A DNA stretch of 64,000 nucleotides from Eubacteriales bacterium (GTDB lineage Bacteria > Bacillota > Clostridia > Oscillospirales > CAG-272), in assembly GCA_045656605.1 (NCBI GenBank), contig JAZORO010000078.1, positions 564 to 64,563 on the forward strand, read 5' to 3'. Shown piece by piece: positions 58,865 to 64,000 of this stretch. The translations under genes were made by a program, and so were the position numbers. Below the pieces are notes generated by a model, which ran no database searches, had not been told where the DNA came from, and saw only the letters and a list, made by a program, of their open reading frames with translations. Every line of letters begins with the position of its first letter. Position 1 is the stretch's first letter.

Positions 58865-60118
58865 TTAAGCATTTTTTGATAAATTCTTCTTGGATTTTTC
58901 TATCACCGTGTATACGCCGCCTATCAATGCCATAGCGCAGGTGATGGCGAGAAGAAGGTAAAATACTGCCATCCAGTCAAACGCATCGGAGACTGCTCCG
59001 AGACACCAGGTGCTTATAGTGCTTCCGAGATAGCAGAACCCGTTGAGAATACCTGCGAGGCGTCCCGGGTTGACGTTTGCTCCGAGAGTCAAGGGTGCCA
59101 TACTGGTGATTATATTGTTTACTCCCGCCATAAGCAGAGAGACAACTCCGAAGCAAGCTACTGTTACCGGTAAAAGAGGGGTGGAGAGAAATACAATAAC
59201 GATGCCCGTCAAAACGGCAGAGATTCCAAAGAGAATAGCGCAGCTTAACACGTATCTTTTTGTCATTTTGTATATTCTCATAGCGACAAAAGCACCGAGT
59301 ATAGCCAGCATCGGCAGAAGCAGAGTCAGAAGTATAGACAGCCAATCGGGGGTGTCGTACAGCGAGTTGAGTATTTTGGGAGTCCAGGCGGAGAGTCCGT
59401 CTTTGACGAAGTTATTGGCAACCGCAAATAACGCAAGGGCTGCGAGAAGCGAAACGTATCCTATTTTTGCGCCTTCGTGGCTGCCTGATTTTATTACAGC
59501 TTCCTCGACTGCGCTCTCTTCCGATTCTCTTTCCTTTCTTAGAGGATTAACAAGGGGGTTGTAGGATAAAAGCCACAAAAGAGCAACAGCGCTCATAAGT
59601 CCGGCGGCAACGTAGAAGGTAAGCTGATAGCTGAACAAAGCCACGAACATCGAGCTTATGCCGTATACGATAAACGTACCCGTAGCAACCGTCGTACCCA
59701 TAACAAGAACAACCGTCGGCATCATACTCTTTTCGACAGTCTCCGAGAGAAGTCTGATAAGAGATGTCCAGAGGAATGACATAGCCACTCCGTTTATGAG
59801 CCATATGTATTTGATAAGGTTGAGGTCGCTGACGGTTACGGCGAGGACGTTCATTCCGCTGGCAACAATCAGGCTTATAAAGATTACGTATTTGATGTTG
59901 TACTTTTTACAGAGGATACCGTTCACAACCTGACCGATACCGTATGCAAAGAAGAAACAGGATGAAACGAGCCCCGCCTGCTCGTTATTGACGCCAAAAG
60001 CTTCGATAATCTGGTTGATGTTTGCATTATAGCTTAATTTTCCTATATAAGAGCAGGAGTAAACCAACCAGCAAAGGGTGAGAAGAAGCGCCGATTTTGA
60101 TAATCTTTTAGTTTTCAT
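58865..60118 (-). CDS. MFS transporter, organophosphate:Pi antiporter (GlpT/UhpC)-like
   Basis: 417 aa, 12 hydrophobic segments. The N-terminal region SYIGKLSYNANINQIIEAFGVNNEQAGLVSSCFFFAYGIGQVVNG resembles OPA-family members. Confidence 0.75.
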   Translation of the reverse strand: MKTKRLSKSALLLTLCWLVYSCSYIGKLSYNANINQIIEAFGVNNEQAGLVSSCFFFAYGIGQVVNGILCKKYNIKYVIFISLIVASGMNVLAVTVSDLNLIKYIWLINGVAMSFLWTSLIRLLSETVEKSMMPTVVLVMGTTVATGTFIVYGISSMFVALFSYQLTFYVAAGLMSAVALLWLLSYNPLVNPLRKERESEESAVEEAVIKSGSHEGAKIGYVSLLAALALFAVANNFVKDGLSAWTPKILNSLYDTPDWLSILLTLLLPMLAILGAFVAMRIYKMTKRYVLSCAILFGISAVLTGIVIVFLSTPLLPVTVACFGVVSLLMAGVNNIITSMAPLTLGANVNPGRLAGILNGFCYLGSTISTWCLGAVSDAFDWMAVFYLLLAITCAMALIGGVYTVIEKSKKNLSKNA

Positions 60119-60168
60119 TTTTTCCTTGTTATTCCGTTTATTTGTTTAAGTAAGCCATACGCAGCTTA

Positions 60169-60532
60169 TTTATGGGAGTGCCGAGAAGAATCTGCTTTTT
60201 TCTCCGTCAAATCCGAAGCCGTATCTTTCGTAAAAGCGTATACCCTTGTGATTTCCCTCAAGCACCCAGAGCAAAATTTTATTGTATTCTTTGAGCCTTG
60301 AAGCAGCCGCATTCCTCAAAGCCCTCGTCCTCGCATTTACCGTATATGATAAAGCCCGTTACACGGTCGCCGTCCTTCGATATAAGCACGTTGTCCTTAT
60401 ATAAGCCTTTTCTATACATTCGTCGAGCGTGAGCTTGTTCGGATACTCGGGGTCGATAATCCCCTTGTATGCCGACTCCCAGCACGAATACTGAACGAGA
60501 GCCTTGCCTCTGAGCTCCTCCTCGGTCGTCAT
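60169..60532 (-). pseudogene. GNAT acetyltransferase remnant (frameshift plus internal deletion)
   Basis: ATG at 60532 gives MTTEEELRGKALVQYSCWESAYKGIIDPEYPNKLTLDECIEKAY. After a frame change near 60397, KDNVLISKDGDRVTGFIIYGKCEDEGFEECG. A third frame gives AASRLKEYNKILLWVLEGNHKGIRFYERYGFGFDGEKS. The acetyl-CoA-binding core between these pieces is missing. Confidence 0.6.
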
Positions 60533-60558
60533 AAGGCTTATTTTACAGAGAGCAACTG

Positions 60559-62172
60559 TTATTCATCTCCGAGGGCGTTCTTGATTTTTAAATAGTCGTT
60601 TGTAAGAATGGTGTCTATGCCCATATCGAGGTATTCCTTAGCTTCGATAGGGTCGTCAGCCCAGAAGACGTTACACCTTATTCCGTTTTCGTGCGCCTTC
60701 TTAATCGTTTCAGCGGTAAAGTAGGGCTTGTATAGCTGTATCTTCTTTGCGCCGAGGACGATTGCTCTATCGACCATAGACATCGGCTCTTCGTTACCGT
60801 CCCAGCCTACGCAGACGGCTATATCGGGCGCATATTCTATAGCCCGTCTTATCATCTCGTCACTCGTAGTCATAAAGTAGACGTGCTTCTCGCAGTCATA
60901 TTTACGTATGAGAGCAACGATTTCCTTCAGCATCGGCGTATCCGAGTTTGTATCCCAGATTTTGACGTGTACGTTCATTATTACACGTCCTGCGAATTTT
61001 TTGAGAATTTCTTCGAAGGTGGGTATTTTCAGCCCGCGATAGCCCTCTCCGGATTTATATCCGAAGTCGAGCTGCAAAAGCTCTTCGTACGTGTGCTCGG
61101 AAATAAGCCCGTGTCCGTTGCTTACACGCTCGAGCGATGAGTCGTGCGCAGAGACCAGTACGCCATCCTTCGTTGACCATAGGTCAAATTCTATTTCCTC
61201 AGCTCCGAGAGCTACCGCTGCGCCGAAGGCAGGCATACTGTTTTCGGGAGCTACTGAGTTGAAGCCTCGGTGAGCGCATATTCTGGGGTAGCGAAGCACG
61301 TGCTCGAAGGGAATTACGGACGCTCCGCCGTTTCTGTACAGCCAGGGACGGCGTCCTTCCTCTATATACTCGTAGTGCGACTTGAGTTTACCCATATGGC
61401 CTGCCGGTTTATAATACTTGTCCTTAGGATCAATCTCGCAGACTCCGAGTCCGACTCTCGATTTCATATTGACGAGCACCTCGCCCTTCGGAGAGACAAC
61501 CATACTGCTTCCGCACAGTTTAGAGTCCTCGCCGAGAGAGACCGATGCACGGATGAGATACGTGTTCGTGTTGTAGCACATAAACTTATTTATTATCAAC
61601 AGAGCCTCGTGAGAATCTGTGCGCTGGAGCGAGCAGCCGATTATTATGTCGAGATTTTCTCTTGCTATTCTTGCAAAATTCTCGTAGAAATAGAAGTCGT
61701 AGCAGGTAAGGAATCCGATACGTAATCCTTCAATCTCAATGACGTAGGGCGGCGCAAACTCGTAGCTGTAAGCGACGTCAAGTCCGTGTCCGCCGAGACT
61801 GCCCATCTTAACCTCACTGGGTGCGGGATGAGCCTTGAAATATCTGCCTATAACGTTGCCGTTCCTGTCAAAGGCGTGCGTGGTGTTACGTATTCCGAGT
61901 TCCGTCTTGTATCCGGCGTTAACGAATACGATAGCGTTACACCTTTTAGCTGTTTGCGAGGCTTTTTCTAAAAGAATATCGCTGTATTTTTCCGAAGAAA
62001 TATAAAAATCCTTATCCCCCTTTACGTCTGCAAGTACGTCGCTGTACTCAGGCAGGACGATGAGATCCATACTCTCGTCACACTCGTCAACTAATTTTAA
62101 TAAATCTTTGAAGCGGGAGTCCAGATCCTTCTCGTCAAAAGAATATCCGGGCTGTATGACGCAAACCTTCAT
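60559..62172 (-). CDS. fusion protein: N-terminal carbon-nitrogen hydrolase (nitrilase superfamily), C-terminal glycerophosphodiester phosphodiesterase
   Basis: 537 aa. CN-hydrolase triad contexts LIVLPEYS / RYFKAHP / GFLTCYDFYF. GDPD motifs ICAHRGFNSVAPENS, EIEFDLWSTKDGVLVSAHD. Confidence 0.8.
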   Translation of the reverse strand: MKVCVIQPGYSFDEKDLDSRFKDLLKLVDECDESMDLIVLPEYSDVLADVKGDKDFYISSEKYSDILLEKASQTAKRCNAIVFVNAGYKTELGIRNTTHAFDRNGNVIGRYFKAHPAPSEVKMGSLGGHGLDVAYSYEFAPPYVIEIEGLRIGFLTCYDFYFYENFARIARENLDIIIGCSLQRTDSHEALLIINKFMCYNTNTYLIRASVSLGEDSKLCGSSMVVSPKGEVLVNMKSRVGLGVCEIDPKDKYYKPAGHMGKLKSHYEYIEEGRRPWLYRNGGASVIPFEHVLRYPRICAHRGFNSVAPENSMPAFGAAVALGAEEIEFDLWSTKDGVLVSAHDSSLERVSNGHGLISEHTYEELLQLDFGYKSGEGYRGLKIPTFEEILKKFAGRVIMNVHVKIWDTNSDTPMLKEIVALIRKYDCEKHVYFMTTSDEMIRRAIEYAPDIAVCVGWDGNEEPMSMVDRAIVLGAKKIQLYKPYFTAETIKKAHENGIRCNVFWADDPIEAKEYLDMGIDTILTNDYLKIKNALGDE

Positions 62173-62190
62173 CGTGCTATTTTTCCCCTT

Positions 62191-63636
62191 TTATTTTTCG
62201 TCTATATATTTAAGCAGCAGGTCGGGGAAGTTTACGGTCATTCCGTCCGCGCCTGCGTCGTATACCGAGCGCATAATCTGCTCGTCGAATATTCCCCACG
62301 CTCTTACGTTGAGCCCGAGAGAGTGCCAATAGTCTACTCTTTCTCGGGTTACATCGCAACCCTTAGGGCATATCTCATCACCCCCTATATCCATAAGGGC
62401 CTTTACCGTGTTATCGCCGATATCGACGGTAAGATATCCTATACGGAGCTCGGGCGCACATTCTTTCATATTCTTTATGTAATCGAAGTTGAAGGAAGTG
62501 ATTACAACCTTCTTTTCTACACCGTATTCGTATATTAGCTCGGCAACCGCTTTCTCAATTCCGCCGACCTTTAACTCGATTGCAAACATCAGGTCTCTGT
62601 GTCCGAAATGCTCGAGAAAATCTCTGAAGGTGGGAATGCGGTCGGTTAAAATCGCCTTCTTAACAGCGAAGCGGCAGAGCTCGTCGTAGGTATAATCGGC
62701 GACAGAGCCCTCTTCACCCGTTACACGCATAAGCGTTTCGTCGTGGAAGAGCACGAGCACTCCGTCTCGTGTTATCTGTACGTCGGTTTCTATACCGTTT
62801 GCACCCATATACGCTCCCACGTAGAAGGACATCATCGTGTTCTCGGGGCAGTACTCGGAAGCACCTCTGTGCGCATAGGTTATAAATTTTGTGCGGCTTT
62901 CCTCTAGTATAATGCCGGTCAAAGTGCTTTTGAGATTTTTTAGGAACTTTTGCCACTCGCCCTTGTCGACGTAAGGATTGATCTCTGTCTTGCCGATAAG
63001 GTCTCTCTTTTCAAACGTTTTGTTTTGCCAAGCGTGGTTGCCTATCATAACGTCGACCTGCTCGGTAAGAAGCCTGTCTACACTCCTAAAGAATTCGCCT
63101 CTCATAAGGTAGGGGACACATCTTCTGTTCATATAGTCTTTTTTAAGCTGATTTGTGCCTGCGCCTCCGAAGCAGCCTGCTCTGTGTGTTACGCCGTTTT
63201 CTGTGACGTTGAAGAAGAAGGAGCAGGAGCCCTCGGTGTGACCCGGGGTGAAAAGACACAGTATTTCGGTCTCTCCGAGCTTTACCTTATATCCGTCGGT
63301 AATATCAATGTCGGGTGTGAAGCCGAATCCTTTTATGTAGCGTAAATCACGGAAGGATAAAAGAGTTTTTGCTCCCTTGCAGTGCTTTAATATTTCTGCT
63401 GTCGCTTCGGTGTGGTCGGCGTGACCGTGAGAGTGAATAATATATTTTATTTCCTCTACGTTAAAGCCAAGCTCACGTATTGAATTCATAACTATATCTG
63501 CGCATTCGACGTACCCCGTGTCAATAAGAATCAAGCCTTCACGCGTCGCTATAAGATGCGATGATGCCTCGACCGTACCGACGAAATACAGGTTTTCTAT
63601 CATTCTGAATGGTTTAACGGTTGTTAATTGTCTCAT
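62191..63636 (-). CDS. fusion protein: N-terminal metallo-beta-lactamase fold (B3-like), C-terminal glycerophosphodiester phosphodiesterase
   Basis: 481 aa. MBL motif IIHSHGHADH, TPGHTEGS. GDPD motifs YAHRGASEYCPENT, IETDVQITRDGVLVLFHD. Confidence 0.8.
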   Translation of the reverse strand: MRQLTTVKPFRMIENLYFVGTVEASSHLIATREGLILIDTGYVECADIVMNSIRELGFNVEEIKYIIHSHGHADHTEATAEILKHCKGAKTLLSFRDLRYIKGFGFTPDIDITDGYKVKLGETEILCLFTPGHTEGSCSFFFNVTENGVTHRAGCFGGAGTNQLKKDYMNRRCVPYLMRGEFFRSVDRLLTEQVDVMIGNHAWQNKTFEKRDLIGKTEINPYVDKGEWQKFLKNLKSTLTGIILEESRTKFITYAHRGASEYCPENTMMSFYVGAYMGANGIETDVQITRDGVLVLFHDETLMRVTGEEGSVADYTYDELCRFAVKKAILTDRIPTFRDFLEHFGHRDLMFAIELKVGGIEKAVAELIYEYGVEKKVVITSFNFDYIKNMKECAPELRIGYLTVDIGDNTVKALMDIGGDEICPKGCDVTRERVDYWHSLGLNVRAWGIFDEQIMRSVYDAGADGMTVNFPDLLLKYIDEK

Positions 63637-63685
63637 CTGTGTTACCTTGTATACTGAAAATATTGTGTCATCAACGTTTTTATCT

Positions 63686-64000
63686 CTACCATATGAAGGG
63701 TATCAGCCTGTACTTTACCTTCTCTTTATATTCCTTGTAACCTGCAAGTTCTTCCGTAAGAAGTCTTTCTTCGGATATAATTCGTATGACGATTATAAAG
63801 GGATAAAGACAGAATGGTATCAGTCCCCAGAAGGAGTCGAGTATTAGGGGCATCGGTAAAAACATAAACAGAGTTGCCAGATACATAGGGTGGCGGACTA
63901 TGCCGTACAGTCCCGTAGATATGACAGTCTGGTTTTCCTGCACCTCTACCGTGCGGGAGAGATATTCGTTTTCACGCATAACCTCGGCGTACGTTACGTA
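63686..64000 (-). CDS. isoprenylcysteine carboxyl methyltransferase (ICMT/PEMT) family membrane protein (partial; N-terminus beyond the window end)
   Basis: VISTGLYGIVRHPMYLATLFMF and EERLLTEELAGYKEYKEKVKYRLIPFIW motifs. The frame stays open to base 64000. Confidence 0.75.
   Translation of the reverse strand, partial: YVTYAEVMRENEYLSRTVEVQENQTVISTGLYGIVRHPMYLATLFMFLPMPLILDSFWGLIPFCLYPFIIVIRIISEERLLTEELAGYKEYKEKVKYRLIPFIW

Overview
This 64-kb window looks like a chromosomal segment from a Firmicutes/Clostridia genome (Oscillospiraceae-like, roughly 50% GC). All calls rest on ORF structure, motifs I recognise by eye, and signals I located by hand; no database search was run.

Most of the window is housekeeping:
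- Class II fructose-bisphosphate aldolase.
- The rimP-nusA-ylxR-ylxQ-infB operon.
- recA-recX and a type III glutamine synthetase.
- A thiamine salvage module: thiN, then a TPP riboswitch controlling thiT.
- A ten-gene F1Fo ATP synthase operon (atpZ-like, I, B, E, F, H, A, G, D, C).
- A nucleoside-salvage operon (tdk-deoC-deoD-deoB-cdd-pdp).
- topB, miaA, rbsK and a galK-like kinase.
- A long minus-strand block of transporter and sugar-phosphate genes.

I saw no rRNA, tRNA, CRISPR array, transposase or prophage genes.

The parts worth a second look, most interesting first:
1. Two adjacent fusion proteins that each end in a glycerophosphodiester phosphodiesterase (GDPD) domain. One starts with a CN-hydrolase domain, the other with a metallo-beta-lactamase (MBL) domain. 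They sit beside an ICMT-type methyltransferase.
2. A 38-codon gene with its own canonical promoter, RBS and terminator (32990-33106). Next to it is an unassigned 460-bp stretch carrying a 14-nt inverted repeat.
3. A 32-codon Cys-rich hydrophobic peptide gene after topB.
4. A Cys-rich protein paired with a Rad50/YhaN-like ATPase that has two central hydrophobic helices.
5. An Ogg-type glycosylase with a Cys-rich insertion.
6. An 846-aa highly charged, tail-anchored protein.
7. An ATP synthase c subunit with a two-carboxylate Na+-type ion-binding signature.
8. Three decayed genes (1066-2697, yitT, GNAT).
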